A stretch of 63,293 bases of DNA, filler included, from Octopus bimaculoides (Eukaryota): assembly GCF_001194135.2 (NCBI RefSeq). It is 6 parts of 5 records of this genome, joined end to end, with 100 filler letters (N's around TTAATTAATTAA, not from the genome) between each part and the next. Parts side by side here need not be neighbours in the genome. Positions count along the whole stretch, not along the records: positions 38,897 to 53,771 come from NC_068988.1; positions 53,872 to 61,023 come from NC_068983.1; positions 61,124 to 63,293 come from NC_068987.1; 3 more parts are not named here. The stretch is one strand, 5' to 3'. Both the position numbers and the translations under genes were made by a program. A model generated the notes under the pieces. The model was not told the origin of the DNA, searched no databases, and was given only the letters and a program-made list of their open reading frames with translations. Positions 50,034 to 63,293 of the stretch are shown one piece after another (positions within the stretch are counted from its first letter, which is position 1; the number at the start of each line of letters is the position of its first letter).

Positions 50034-50759
50034 NNNNNNNNNNNNNNNNNNNNNNNNNNNNNNNNNNNNNNNNNNNNNNNNNNNNNNNNNNNNNNNNNNN
50101 NNNNNNNNNNNNNNNNNNNNNNNNNNNNNNNNNNNNNNNNNNNNNNNNNNNNNNNNNNNNNNNNNNNNNNNNNNNNNNNNNNNNNNNNNNNNNNNNNNNN
50201 NNNNNNNNNNNNNNNNNNNNNNNNNNNNNNNNNNNNNNNNNNNNNNNNNNNNNNNNNNNNNNNNNNNNNNNNNNNNNNNNNNNNNNNNNNNNNNNNNNNN
50301 NNNNNNNNNNNNNNNNNNNNNNNNNNNNNNNNNNNNNNNNNNNNNNNNNNNNNNNNNNNNNNNNNNNNNNNNNNNNNNNNNNNNNNNNNNNNNNNNNNNN
50401 NNNNNNNNNNNNNNNNNNNNNNNNNNNNNNNNNNNNNNNNNNNNNNNNNNNNNNNNNNNNNNNNNNNNNNNNNNNNNNNNNNNNNNNNNNNNATATATAA
50501 TTACATAATATTGATAAAATATGAGACACAATATGATTTAGACTGTTCTTAAGTACAACAGCGAAAGCTGATTACGTCATTTTGTCTTTTTGTCTAAACT
50601 GGAATGTATACTATCTACGTTCATATTTGAAGTTTTTGCGTTTCAATAATTTTTCTTTGTTTTTATAAAAAATTTTTTTTATTCAATCTCGAATGTGATG
50701 GAGAAGAAGCGGAAAGCAAGCCGACACAAGTAATCTCTAGAGCGACTTTTTTTATTGAT

Positions 50760-50802
50760 GTACCTGAAGAGATCCGAAATGACGGGTCGAAACGTGTTGT
50801 AC
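50760..50802 (+). ncRNA. Minimal type I hammerhead ribozyme (Penelope-like pLTR type)
   Basis: GUAC-CUGAAGA-GAUCCG-AAAUGA-CGGGUC-GAAA-CGUG-UU|GUAC: complete core, 6-bp stem II, 4-bp stem I, helix III ACGUGU self-complementary with two G.U pairs; AATAAA at 50805-50810. Confidence 0.8.
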
Positions 50803-51512
50803 TTAATAAAAGTTTAATACACATTCCTTCTCCCATTTTGTTAATACTATAACCCCAACTGCCTCTCTGACGTTTTTGGAGTAATTCTATGGATAACAAC
50901 AAGTAACCTAAACTGTGCCGGTGCTTTATTCATCATCAATTTATACATTTTGTATAATGTTTCCATTATATCATTACACACACACACACAAAAAAACACA
51001 CACACACTCACACACAGACATATATATAAGTAGAGAGTAATGAAAAAAGATATATTATAAATAATTATGATTGTGTATGAATATATCAATGACCAAACAT
51101 GTTACCATAAAATTGTGGATATCGTGAACGGCCTGGCTGGAGGCCTAAATTACCGAGTTTTTTTTTATAGAGCTTCGAGAAACTAAACAAACACTGCAAC
51201 ATTCATGCGAATCTGGGAGGAGAATATGTCGGATAAAAGCATAATCAACCGATCATCTGGTAGTTTACTTTATCCAAAGCCTGGAACTCTTTAGCACCCC
51301 TATCGCACACGCGCACACACACACGCATCACACACTCACACACACACATGTATATATATATGCTTTCGGTGCGAATGAACAAAGGGATGTGGGTTCGATT
51401 CCCACGCGGATAGGAAAGCTTTCTTTTTCTGTCGAGGGCCCTTTATTAGACTATTTTCCTTAGTCATTGCACGGTGACCGCCATAAACCTTAAGCTTACA
51501 TAAAAATACCAT

Positions 51513-51553
<41 letters not shown>

Positions 51554-52589
51554 NNNNNNNNNNNNNNNNNNNNNNNNNNNNNNNNNNNNNNNNNNNNNNN
51601 NNNNNNNNNNNNNNNNNNNNNNNNNNNNNNNNNNNNNNNNNNNNNNNNNNNNNNNNNNNNNNNNNNNNNNNNNNNNNNNNNNNNNNNNNNNNNNNNNNNN
51701 NNNNNNNNNNNNNNNNNNNNNNNNNNNNNNNNNNNNNNNNNNNNNNNNNNNNNNNNNNNNNNNNNNNNNNNNNNNNNNNNNNNNNNNNNNNNNNNNNNNN
51801 NNNNNNNNNNNNNNNNNNNNNNNNNNNNNNNNNNNNNNNNNNNNNNNNNNNNNNNNNNNNNNNNNNNNNNNNNNNNNNNNNNNNNNNNNNNNNNNNNNNN
51901 NNNNNNNNNNNNNNNNNNNNNNNNNNNNNNNNNNNNNNNNNNNNNNNNNNNNNNNNNNNNNNNNNNNNNNNNNNNNNNNNNNNNNNNNNNNNNNNNNNNN
52001 NNNNNNNNNNNNNNNNNNNNNNNNNNNNNNNNNNNNNNNNNNNNNNNNNNNNNNNNNNNNNTATATATATATATATATTTATTTATTTACACGCATATAT
52101 CGTGGTGATAGCGAAATTCGAATGTTCTGGCCTGCTAACCTTCCATAGAGTGTTGGAAAAGGACAGAATGTCTAAAATTCGAAGTCACTGTCACCAGTAT
52201 TCTTGTAAATCTGTAATTAAAATGTCATCTACAAAATGAATTAATACTTTATTTTAATGGTAATCTGTTTTTATTAAAATTCCATATAAGCACGCACACA
52301 CACTCACACACACACTCTCACTCATTCACACACACACACTCACATACACACACTCTCACTCATTCACACACGCACACACATGTATACATATACAGATAGA
52401 CAGAGTTACGGATTGATAGATTCATAGATAGATAGATGTTAATGTTCTTTTTAAGTTGATTTCTGTATAAAACGAATTAAGATTGGAATAAATTATTAAC
52501 GCTTTTTGTTGAGTACATTTTTAAAATATTTATAACGAAATATGCACGGATACACGCGTACACCACCACCCTGCACACGCATGCAAATA

Positions 52590-52639
<50 letters not shown>

Positions 52640-53339
52640 TACAAGCGCACACAAACACCTCACCCACACATAGGCACATATATATNNNNNNNNNNNNNNN
52701 NNNNNNNNNNNNNNNNNNNNNNNNNNNNNNNNNNNNNNNNNNNNNNNNNNNNNNNNNNNNNNNNNNNNNNNNNNNNNNNNNNNNNNNNNNNNNNNNNNNN
52801 NNNNNNNNNNNNNNNNNNNNNNNNNNNNNNNNNNNNNNNNNNNNNNNNNNNNNNNNNNNNNNNNNNNNNNNNNNNNNNNNNNNNNNNNNNNNNNNNNNNN
52901 NNNNNNNNNNNNNNNNNNNNNNNNNNNNNNNNNNNNNNNNNNNNNNNNNNNNNNNNNNNNNNNNNNNNNNNNNNNNNNNNNNNNNNNNNNNNNNNNNNNN
53001 NNNNNNNNNNNNNNNNNNNNNNNNNNNNNNNNNNNNNNNNNNNNNNNNNNNNNNNNNNNNNNNNNNNNNNNNNNNNNNNNNNNNNNNNNNNNNNNNNNNN
53101 NNNNNNNNNNNNNNNNNNNNNNNNNNNNNNNNNNNNNNNNNNNNNNNNNNNNNNNNNNNNNNNNNNNNNNNNNNNNNNNNNNNNNNNNNNNNNNNNNNNN
53201 NNNNNNNNNNNNNNNNNNNNNNNNNNNNNNNNNNNNNNNNNNNNNNNNNNNNNNNNNNNNNNNNNNNNNNNNNNNNNNNNNNNNNNNNNNNNNNNNNNNN
53301 NNNNNNNNNNNNNNNNNNNNNNNNNNNNNNNNNNNNNNN

Positions 53340-53377
<38 letters not shown>

Positions 53378-53380
53378 TAT

Positions 53381-53453
<73 letters not shown>

Positions 53454-53720
53454 CACACACACAAGTGAAATCTTAGAATATAAACTCTTATGGTTGTATA
53501 ATATACATGTATGTATACTGTATGTATATATATGTATGTGCATATATATACAGTATACATGCATACATATGCATATACATACATTTATACACACACACAC
53601 GCACACACGCACACATACACACACACACACATATATATATATATACACACAGTATACTCACTTACATGCGTATATATATATACAAATATGCATATATACA
53701 TATACATGCATGTGTATAAT

Positions 53721-53771
<51 letters not shown>

Positions 53772-53815
53772 NNNNNNNNNNNNNNNNNNNNNNNNNNNNN
53801 NNNNNNNNNNNNNNN

Positions 53816-53827
53816 TTAATTAATTAA
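53816..53827. other. Artificial scaffold-join spacer
   Basis: 44 N + TTAATTAATTAA + 44 N. Confidence 0.95.
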
Positions 53828-54511
53828 NNNNNNNNNNNNNNNNNNNNNNNNNNNNNNNNNNNNNNNNNNNNTATATATATATATATATATATTTATAAAA
53901 AAGAAGTTTGAAAACGCTAATATATAAAAAATGAATTTTAATTAAAAATTTTGTCAGAGATATTTTTAACATGTTTCGGTTCTTGTAAAAACGAACCTTA
54001 TCAAAAATACATATTTAAAAAAATGAAATTAAATGAAGAGTTCAAAATTGTTCCTTACTGGTGTCAATAGTCCACGTGGGGGCATTTTTTGTTGGTTGTA
54101 GTAGTAGTAGTGACCGTGTTGGTAATGGTAAATAGCAAGGGCAATGAGAAATAGCTAATCCTGTTAAGGTCGACTTTATCCTTCATCTCTATAATGGTAA
54201 TAAAATTTACTGTAGTAAATTAATTACTGAGGTCAGTTTAGACCTGTACTAGAGTCAATATTATTAACTATTTCTTCTTTAATCTTCATTATATCAATTT
54301 AAAAGAGACTGTCCCTGACTTTGTAATACAAACTTCCTGTTGTAGTGTTATCCTAAATCAAAACCTTCCATTAAAATTTTGTGTTACTATATGTTCTGAA
54401 CACCTGATAAATATCTTTTATCTTTTTTTTCAGTCGTTATACTTTGGCCCACCTTGAAGAATTGTAATTGAATGAATCTTTTTACATAGCACCAATGTAT
54501 GTGTATGTGTA

Positions 54512-54707
54512 TACTCTTTTACTTGTTTCAGTCATTTGACTGTGGCCATGCTGGAGCACCGCCTTGTAGTTGAGCAAATCGACCCTAGTACTTATTCTAT
54601 CGGTCTCTTTTTGCCGAACCGCTACATTACAGGAACGTAAATACACCACCATTGGTTGTCAAGCGAAGTTGAGGGGGACAAACACAGACACACAAACACA
54701 CACACAC

Positions 54708-54762
<55 letters not shown>

Positions 54763-54927
54763 TACGACGGGCTTCTTTCAGTTTCCATCTACCAAATCCA
54801 CTCACAAGGCTTTGGTCGGCCTGAGGCTAGAGTAGAAGACACTTGCCCAAGGTGCCACGCAGTGGGACTGAACCCAGAACCATGTGGTTGGTAAGCAGGC
54901 TACTTACCACACAGCTACTCCTGCGCC
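54512..54927 (-). mobile_element. SINE family A, full length
   Basis: Intact 5' end GGCGCAGGAGTAGCTGTGTGG on the minus strand; colinear with the other copies. Confidence 0.93.
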
Positions 54928-55011
54928 TTGTATGTGTGCTTCTATATATATATGTATATATATATGTATGTATATGTATATTCTTCACCTTGAAGAATTT
55001 GTAATTGAATG

Positions 55012-55108
55012 AATTCACTCACAAGGCTTTGGTTAGCCCGGGTCTATAGACTGAACCTGGAACCATGTGGTTAGGAAGCAAACATCTTACCACACAGCCA
55101 TACCTACA
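55012..55108 (-). mobile_element. SINE family A head with internal deletion
   Basis: CACTCACAAGGCTTTGG joined to GACTGAACC..CTTACCACACAGCC. Confidence 0.75.
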
Positions 55109-55351
55109 CTACATAATATTTATTTTCTTTACCTCCGTTACCAGTTTCATTTAAAGAACTGCAGCCATGCTGGAGCACCGACAGTTGTTTGATTAAATTC
55201 TTCATTATTTTGAAAATTAATTGGAACAAAGGCAGCCTACTTCCATAGAAATGCGATAACAAAAGAGCTCGTATGGCATTGATTAGCAACTGTGTTAGAA
55301 ATCAATATTTAGTTATAATGGATCATAAAAAAATTAAAATGCATATAGATG

Positions 55352-55485
55352 CAGATATGGGTGTATGGTTAAGAAGCTTGCTTTGCAGTCATGTAGTTTC
55401 TGGTTCAATCCCACTGCACAGCACCTTGGGCAAGTTCCTTCTGCTATAGCCTACTATGCCTTATTAAGGAATTTGGTAGATGGAA
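55352..55485 (+). mobile_element. SINE family A head, directly followed by a family D copy
   Basis: GGTTCAATCCC B-box and CACCTTGGGCAAG block. Confidence 0.78.
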
Positions 55486-55757
55486 GTGGAGTCGCAATGG
55501 CCCAGTGGTTAGGGCAGCGGACTCGTGGTCATAGGATCGTGGTTTCGATTCCCAGACCGGGAGTAGTGAGTGTTTATTGAGCGAAAACGCCTAAAGCTCC
55601 ACGAGGCTCTGGCAGGGGATGGTGGCGAACCCTGCTGTACTCTTCCACCACAACTTTCTCTCACTCTTACTTCCTGTTTCTGTTGTACCTGTAATTCAAA
55701 GGGTCAGCCTTGTCACTCTGTGTCACGCTGAATATCCCCGAGAACTACGTTAAGGGT
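55486..55757 (+). mobile_element. SINE family D (runs into a gap)
   Basis: GTCGCAATGGCCCAGTGGTTAGGGCAGCGGACTCG..GGTTTCGATTCCCAGACC tRNA-like head plus unique body shared with 31427-31599. Confidence 0.9.
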
Positions 55758-56209
55758 NNNNNNNNNNNNNNNNNNNNNNNNNNNNNNNNNNNNNNNNNNN
55801 NNNNNNNNNNNNNNNNNNNNNNNNNNNNNNNNNNNNNNNNNNNNNNNNNNNNNNNNNNNNNNNNNNNNNNNNNNNNNNNNNNNNNNNNNNNNNNNNNNNN
55901 NNNNNNNNNNNNNNNNNNNNNNNNNNNNNNNNNNNNNNNNNNNNNNNNNNNNNNNNNNNNNNNNNNNNNNNNNNNNNNNNNNNNNNNNNNNNNNNNNNNN
56001 NNAAGAGACCAATTAAATAATTACTGGACTTTAGAAAATGAAAAAAGAAGTTAAGTATGGTGGGATGGGGTTTGATCTGTTCAACTAAAATCCTTCAAAG
56101 TGGTGCTCAAGCATGGCATCACCCAAATGGTAAATGACGTAAGATGAATAATAATTGAAAAAAAAGGAAACCAAAAGTAAACTATATTTTTTTTTGTTTT
56201 TTTTTCCAG

Positions 56210-56366
56210 ATGTCCATCATTGACATGGCAGCAAGCTATAAATGGTTCCCCCAGCAACAGTGTCCACAAGAAAGCAATGACTGTTGATAAAATGGTTTAT
56301 GTCCACTGGAATAATCATCCAGACACGAAGGACCCTTGCAACTTGTTGATTGATAATCTTCTTGAG
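56210..56366 (+). CDS. TEP1-like NACHT/WD40 protein, exon preceding the WD40 repeats
   Basis: Strong acceptor (T-run + ccag), donor GAG|GTAAAC; CPSLTWQQAINGSPSNSVHKKA...VHWNNHP...LLE resembles the YPxLxxQQAxNxPxxS...WxNKP segment I recall from TEP1-type proteins; ends in phase 0. Confidence 0.75.
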
Positions 56367-56532
56367 GTAAACAAGTTGTTCATTTTCATATATTTCTTTC
56401 TTTTTGTTTTTAATTAGATTTATTTTGTTGTATCTTGGGAGGGTCATTCTGCCAATAACAGACACATGCACTGGTTATATTTCACTTCTTTATTTATTTG
56501 TCGATTTTTTTTTAAAGCAGTTAATCATGTGA

Positions 56533-56757
56533 ACGTGGCTGAATGTGATTAAGGAAGATCTCCAGAGGTTCAACGTCGTCTTGGAGGATGCAGAGAGGGA
56601 CTGGTACGGAACTGCCGGTGGGGTGGGGGTGGGGGCACTGGTGGACTTGGTTGGGTCTGTACATGATGATGCCTCTGCAACCACTAACCTGGGATGACCC
56701 AAAACCCATCAAGCATGGTGGTGGTGGTGGTGGTGGTGGTGGTGGTGATGATGATGA
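56533..56757 (+). mobile_element. RTE-type LINE 3' end
   Basis: TWLNVIKEDLQRFNVVLEDAERDW matches RTE ORF C-termini; (GGT)n(GAT)n tail. Confidence 0.7.
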
Positions 56758-57179
56758 CAACTAACTATTTAACCAATTAACTATGAAGTGAACTGATGTT
56801 AATCATTTAACCAACTAACTCATTAATTTTTTGATTATGAAGCCTAATGACAGCAGTTAAAAGTGTAATGATAGTTGCTTCTGATACAAGCCTATGGAGG
56901 AGATGTCTGAGGACTCTTCCTCCATGAGCCTCCTAAGGGCAGTGGGGAGAGAAGGTGGATGGCCTGATTAATCATTTGGTCAATCAATCTATCAGCTCCT
57001 TTTGTTAAAGTCCTTTCATTGCCATTCATAACCTCATTAGTGACACGCCCTCTCTATTCCATTTATGAAGTTGTGAATGGTGACAAAGAGGACTTTGACA
57101 AACCTGACTGATTGATTGGTTAACCGAATCATTAATCAAACAAATGATTAGTTAATTGGTTAACTAGTTAGTTGTCATC
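56753..57179. mobile_element. Foldback/MITE-like segment with 31-bp terminal inverted repeats
   Basis: 56753-56783 versus reverse complement of 57149-57179 match 30/31; looser nested inverted pairs inside. Confidence 0.7.
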
Positions 57180-57210
57180 ACCACCACCACCACCACCACC
57201 ACCACCACCA

Positions 57211-57440
57211 CATCATCATTTAATGTCCATTTTCTATGCGGGCATGGGTGGGATGGTGTGATAGGAACTGGCAAACCAAGAGGGTTGCACCAGGCTCCAT
57301 TGTCTGCTTTGGTGTGGTTTCTATGGCTGGGTGCCCTTCCTAATGCCAGCCACTTTATAGAGTGTACTGGGTGCTCTTTATGTGGCACCAGCACTGGGGC
57401 TTTTAATGTGGCACCAACAGCAGCAGGGTTACCAAGTAAC
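57211..57440 (-). mobile_element. RTE-type LINE/SINE 3' end
   Basis: GGCTGGGTGCCCTTCCTAATGCCAGCCAC block and (GAT)n tail; related to 19812-20030. Confidence 0.72.
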
Positions 57441-57601
57441 TTGTGAAATGAAGATCTGTCAGTTGGGAGAGGGAGTGACACCAAAGGAAGTAGCTTCATG
57501 TCAGATGCATTAGTGTAGATAGAATGTGTGCTGCCTGGGGTGGCCCTTCCGTTTGCCATCCCCAGACCCCACAAAAAACACATACCACCTACAGCAGACC
57601 C

Positions 57602-57692
57602 AAAAGTGCTGCCCCTTTAAAAGTGCCGTCCCTTTAAAAGTGCTGTCCCTTTAAAAGTGCTGTCCCTCTAAAAGTGCTACCCCCTTTAAAAG
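57602..57692. repeat. Minisatellite, 5 x 17 bp (AAAAGTGCTGTCCCTTT)
   Basis: Units at 57602, 57619, 57636, 57653 and 57670, abutting with no spacers. Confidence 0.95.
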
Positions 57693-58987
57693 AACCGCAA
57701 GGAACGAACTGCCCCTACAGTGCCCCTGCCCAGGTATGCTAGTGGTCAGGTGAGAGGTTACAGTATAAGAGGGATAGTGATAGGTGTCTTACTGTAGAGG
57801 AGATACTAGGCTACTCTCGTAAAGAAAAAAAGGAGGAGGAGAGATAGAGGGAGAATGATGGTGAGTCAGAGAGAGAGAGAGAGAGCGAGAAAGATAGAGA
57901 GAGAAAAATTGATAGTGTTGGAGATATGTTGGGAGACCTACTCACAGGAAACAGTGGAGGGAGTATAAGTGATACAGAAGGGCATGTTCCATAAGAGTGT
58001 AAGGGGAGATAATAGGTGGGGAAGAGGTGACTGTAGCAAGTGATGATAAGAGGAACTGGAGTGGTTGGTTGGTTGGGTGGTTGAGGAGGTTGATAGATCT
58101 GTGAAGGTATGGAGATAGTGTGGATAAGCATGTGAGGGTGAGTGGAGGGGCCTGCAGTGGTGGTGATCATGGGTGTTGTGATGGAGGGGTATTGCGATGG
58201 GGGTTTTGGGAAGATGAGTTGTGGGGTACTTTTGACAGAGGACAAATTATGTGGATAGCTGCAAAGGACATACCTGTATGTATGGATGGCCGCGATGTTA
58301 CTTAGCTTCACATGTGTTCTGAAGCATAGCAAATTGCAAGAGTGAAATAGAATCACTGAATGTGTTTATTATTGCCATAATAACTCTCCTGAGATACAAA
58401 ATATGTTTCAGTACAGGAGTTCACATCAAGAATCTTACAAACGAAAAACAAAAACAAAGGATATATTTTATAAAGTTTCGAAAAGTACCTGGAATGCAAT
58501 AAATTAAAAATTGACATAACAGAAAATATATTGTAAAAGTGTCACAAACTTTGTAAATTTTAAGAAAAGTTCAATTTGCAATATTTTAAAAGATGACATA
58601 AAAAAGAATTATAAATATTTTGGTTGTAAATTTATCATAAACTTAGTGAAATTGTCAAAAATTAAATTAATTTTTAAATAAATATTTTTTATAAATTTTG
58701 TTAGGAATGACAGGATGTAAAAACATAAACAATCAAATCTAAATTGAATTAAAAAGTTATTTATTTAATAAGATAAACTATGTTAGTTTCAGAAAATGCA
58801 AAACATATTTTTATAGACTTAAAGTTGTGCCAGGATGAACAAAGGAAAAAAAGAAAAAAGAAAGAAAAAGAGAGAAGGAATATGCACCTAAAATTTGGGG
58901 TTTTACAAAAAATTAGAGAAGATTAAAATACAGTGTTATTTCTTTACTGCCCACAATATTGCTTGCCTTGCACCAAAATTAGAAAAA

Positions 58988-59624
<637 letters not shown>

Positions 59625-59741
59625 TTAGTAAGCTAAAATTGAACACATTTTATGTTTTTAATGAGTAACGTGGTCACCATTTGATATCTTTTTGATTTTA
59701 ATAACCACTTTGTTTAATAAGTAAATGTTTTCTGATTTCAG

Positions 59742-59837
59742 AATCCTACCTGTGTTGCTCTATCATCTGATAACACTCTTTTGGCTTGCGGATGCGAAGA
59801 TGGTGTGGTACACTTGTTTGATGCCCAAACTGGCAAT
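59742..59837 (+). CDS. TEP1-like NACHT/WD40 protein, WD40-repeat exon
   Basis: Acceptor tctgatttcag, donor AAT|GTAGGT, 96 nt phase 0-0: NPTCVALSSDNTLLACGCEDGVVHLFDAQTGN, a clear WD40 repeat, in frame with 56210-56366. Confidence 0.85.
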
Positions 59838-61067
59838 GTAGGTTAACAGTTTATTTCTTACTCTCTCTTCTGTATCTATTCCAGAAATTACTTCTCTGTT
59901 TCTTTTTGGGCTGCCGACCCCTTGACACCCAGGCCACATTCCTAGTGCCCCTGTCCCAACTAACCATCACAAACATAGACCTCTTTCTGAAGCAAATTCA
60001 AAGCAGCTGTATTTCACAGATAAAACTTAACTTAAGGAACCCATTATTTTATTGTTTTTACATGACTCGCCACCCCATGGTAAATTACTTTTTGAAGTCT
60101 GACGTACAGCTGGTAACCATGGTCCGGGCCATATTTTACATACTTTACTCGGTTGAGTAAAGTGTCATCCAAGCTGATATTTATTGGTAATTAAACTTAA
60201 TTTTCAATTCCTGTCTGTATTTATCAGCTTTGTTTTTGTTGATAATTCTTAACTTTTCCTGTGTGCACATGTCTGTGAGTGTATGTGAGAGAGAAAGGGA
60301 AGCACACATGTATACATACATGTGTATATAGAAATATATATATTTATATATACATATACATATGCATATGTATATACACATACTGACACACATATATATA
60401 TACAAACATACATTAATGTATAATAGACATATATATATGTGCATACAGCTATTGTCTACTCACAATTTGTGAAATTATACTTTGGTTATTTTCAGTTAAT
60501 TTCAAACAGTTACACGGAGACACACAAACACACAGTTTCATACAGTTACGTACACATACAAATAATTAAATACATAGTCTCATACAGTTACACATACGCA
60601 CACGCACACACACAGATACCAGCAGACAATCAGCGTCATATTTTTCATTTACTTATTTTTATTGGAACACTAATGTTGAGGGAAAAGGAGGGTATTGTGA
60701 GTGAGTAAAGCGGACTGACATCATTGAGAAAAGGGGAGGGTATACTGAATGAGCAAAACAGATTTTATTCATATAGAAGACAACACAAGCACTTTGTAAT
60801 TTAATAGCTTTTAATGTGATACTTGTTAAACAGAAATTATTTTTATTTAATGAAAATTTAATAAAATCTTATCATAAGTAAGTGAAATTATGCTAAATAC
60901 AACTAAATTGAAAACCTTTTTTCCCTAGTCATATTGGCAATTCTGAAAACTTTTGGGTGCGACTTTTACACGAGTAGAAGTTTTTTTTTAACAATTTTTA
61001 TACAGAAAATCACCTGCGTAAATNNNNNNNNNNNNNNNNNNNNNNNNNNNNNNNNNNNNNNNNNNNN

Positions 61068-61079
61068 TTAATTAATTAA
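61068..61079. other. Artificial scaffold-join spacer
   Basis: 44 N + TTAATTAATTAA + 44 N. Confidence 0.95.
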
Positions 61080-61229
61080 NNNNNNNNNNNNNNNNNNNNN
61101 NNNNNNNNNNNNNNNNNNNNNNNTTTTTTTTTTTTTTCTTAAAGAAAAGCTCTACAGTTGTATTTGTCCCCTCTGTGTGCAGCCCTGTGTGGCTAATAAA
61201 AGAAAGTTATCTATCTATCTATCTATCTG

Positions 61230-61392
61230 TGTCGGGCTTCCACACAGTTTCCGGCTAAGAAATTCACACTCAAGACATTAGTTAGTCCGGAGTTATAATA
61301 GAAGATTCTTGCTCAAAGTATCGCTCAATGGGACTGCATTTGAAACTACGTTATTGAAACGCGAGTTTCTTAAGCACGCGACCGTGCCTGCT
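61230..61392 (-). mobile_element. SINE family A head, highly diverged
   Basis: GGGCTTC..CAGTTTCCG..TAGAAGA..CTTGC..GGGACTG pattern. Confidence 0.65.
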
Positions 61393-63099
61393 CCCATTAA
61401 GTTAAAAGTGTTTGAGAAGCATTGAGGAGAAGGAATACTGGAGAATCCTGACGTTGAGCTGGTAAGACCTGGATAGTCAAAGCTTGATCAAAACGGAAGC
61501 CACGAAACAACAGCCATAGCAACTAGTAGATACATCAGATTAAATCCACAGTGGTGTTTCTTTTTACCGAATTGAGACTTCACAGTCGTTAAATCCAACT
61601 CCCCACTTATACTCATCGCCGCCGCCGCCACCACCAGCACCTGCAGCACCAGTAGCAGCAGCAGCAGCACCACCACCACCACCACCACAAAANNNNNNNN
61701 NNNNNNNNNNNNNNNNNNNNNNNNNNNNNNNNNNNNNNNNNNNNNNNNNNNNNNNNNNNNNNNNNNNNNNNNNNNNNNNNNNNNNNNNNNNNNNNNNNNN
61801 NNNNNNNNNNNNNNNNNNNNNNNNNNNNNNNNNNNNNNNNNNNNNNNNNNNNNNNNNNNNNNNNNNNNNNNNNNNNNNNNNNNNNNNNNNNNNNNNNNNN
61901 NNNNNNNNNNNNNNNNNNNNNNNNNNNNNNNNNNNNNNNNNNNNNNNNNNNNNNNNNNNNNNNNNNNNNNNNNNNNNNNNNNNNNNNNNNNNNNNNNNNN
62001 NNNNNNNNNNNNNNNNNNNNNNNNNNNNNNNNNNNNNNNNNNNNNNNNNNNNNNNNNNNNNNNNNNNNNNNNNNNNNNNNNNNNNNNNNNNNNNNNNNNN
62101 NNNNNNNNNNNNNNNNNNNNNNNNNNNNNNNNNNNNNNNNNNNNNNNNNNNNNNNNNNNNNNNNNNNNNNNNNNNNNNNNNNNNNNNNNNNNNNNNNNNN
62201 NNNNNNNNNNNNNNNNNNNNNNNNNNNNNNNNNNNNNNNNNNNNNNNNNNNNNNNNNNNNNNNNNNNNNNNNATATACATATTCATGCATAAATATGTAT
62301 ATATATTATATATCATATATGTATAAATACATACATACATCTGTGTGTGTGTGTGGGGGGGGTAGCGAGTACGCTTTGCACTTACCATTTTTCCTTCCTG
62401 AGATGTCAGTCAGAATGTCAAGATGGACGACACAAACCACCACGGCATACACACCCACTAACTCACTTAACCACCAATCCAACTACTATATTATATACAC
62501 GCGTAATCAACTCTGATCTACGTACAATCCATACATACATACATACGTACACATACACACATTCTGACGCACACACACACACACACACACACATTTAGGT
62601 ACATATCTAGAGTGATATAGACATAGGTATATATGTATGTGTATATAGTTATATACATATATGCATATATACATTATGTATATGTGTGCGTGCGTGTATA
62701 TATAGATATATACATGTATGCATAATACATACATATACACATATATGCACACGTACATGCACATACACATGCATACACATATCCATACATATAAAATACA
62801 TGAATGCATACGTACACACATACACGCCTTTAATACTCATATCTGTGTTCACATATGTGGGTGTGTGTGTGTGCGTGTGCGTATATCTGTGTGTGTGTGT
62901 GTGTGTGTGTAATAACCCCCAAACGGACAGGTTGTCATTTACGATCCATTCTTTTGTGTTCTTACTATAATTCTAAATGCCACCATAGGATGGAGTAGGG
63001 GGGATGTCACCAGGAAAAAGTCGGTCGAAATTTTGTACGTAGTAACCCCGTAGCTCAATTACACACACTCACTTTCTCTTACACACGCACACATCCAAA

Positions 63100-63172
<73 letters not shown>

Positions 63173-63293
63173 CTATGGACGGACGGTAGACGTGTCGGCT
63201 CCGTAAGTTTTGCCTTTTTTATGTTTTAAAAAGTTTGTAAAGTTTATTTTATATAGAAAGTTGTATAACAACTTATAGACTCTCTGGTGCAAG

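Noticed and set aside
51389-51405. Perfect tRNA T-arm GTGGG-TTCGATT-CCCAC
   Set aside because: No D-arm, anticodon arm or acceptor stem around it; at most a decayed SINE head. Likewise none of the SINE heads forms a complete tRNA, so no tRNA gene is called.
57602-57692. Possible CRISPR-like array
   Set aside because: Units abut with no spacers; eukaryotic context; a plain minisatellite.
57811-58356. 181-aa Pro/Thr-rich minus-strand ORF
   Set aside because: Strand-biased low-complexity sequence, probably a decayed LINE 5' region; no motif I can support.

Overview
AT-rich, microsatellite-saturated eukaryotic DNA, almost certainly octopus (coleoid cephalopod), judged from the protocadherin type and the SINE/LINE content. 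It is not one contiguous locus: five identical 100-bp spacers (44 N + TTAATTAATTAA + 44 N) split it into six scaffolds (1-19250, 19351-26865, 26966-38796, 38897-53771, 53872-61023, 61124-63293). Host coding sequence: the last two exons of one protocadherin (19550-19703, 20243-20319) followed head-to-tail by the gap-truncated large exon of the next (25638-26865); two exons of a TEP1-like NACHT/WD40 gene (56210-56366, 59742-59837); and one weak candidate exon (43114-43224). The rest is microsatellites, four tRNA-derived SINE families (labelled A-D here, my own labels), R4/Dong-like, RTE and CR1/L2-like LINE remnants, and rolling-circle elements. The most unusual signal is a set of hammerhead-ribozyme motifs: one intact-looking Penelope-type minimal hammerhead (50760-50802), a hammerhead core inside a tRNA-headed SINE, two relics, and a motif seen twice (37085-37141, 44301-44367) plus once partially, whose three strands are in an order that matches none of the type I/II/III permutations yet shows compensatory stem changes. 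All family assignments are by eye; no searches or folding were run.
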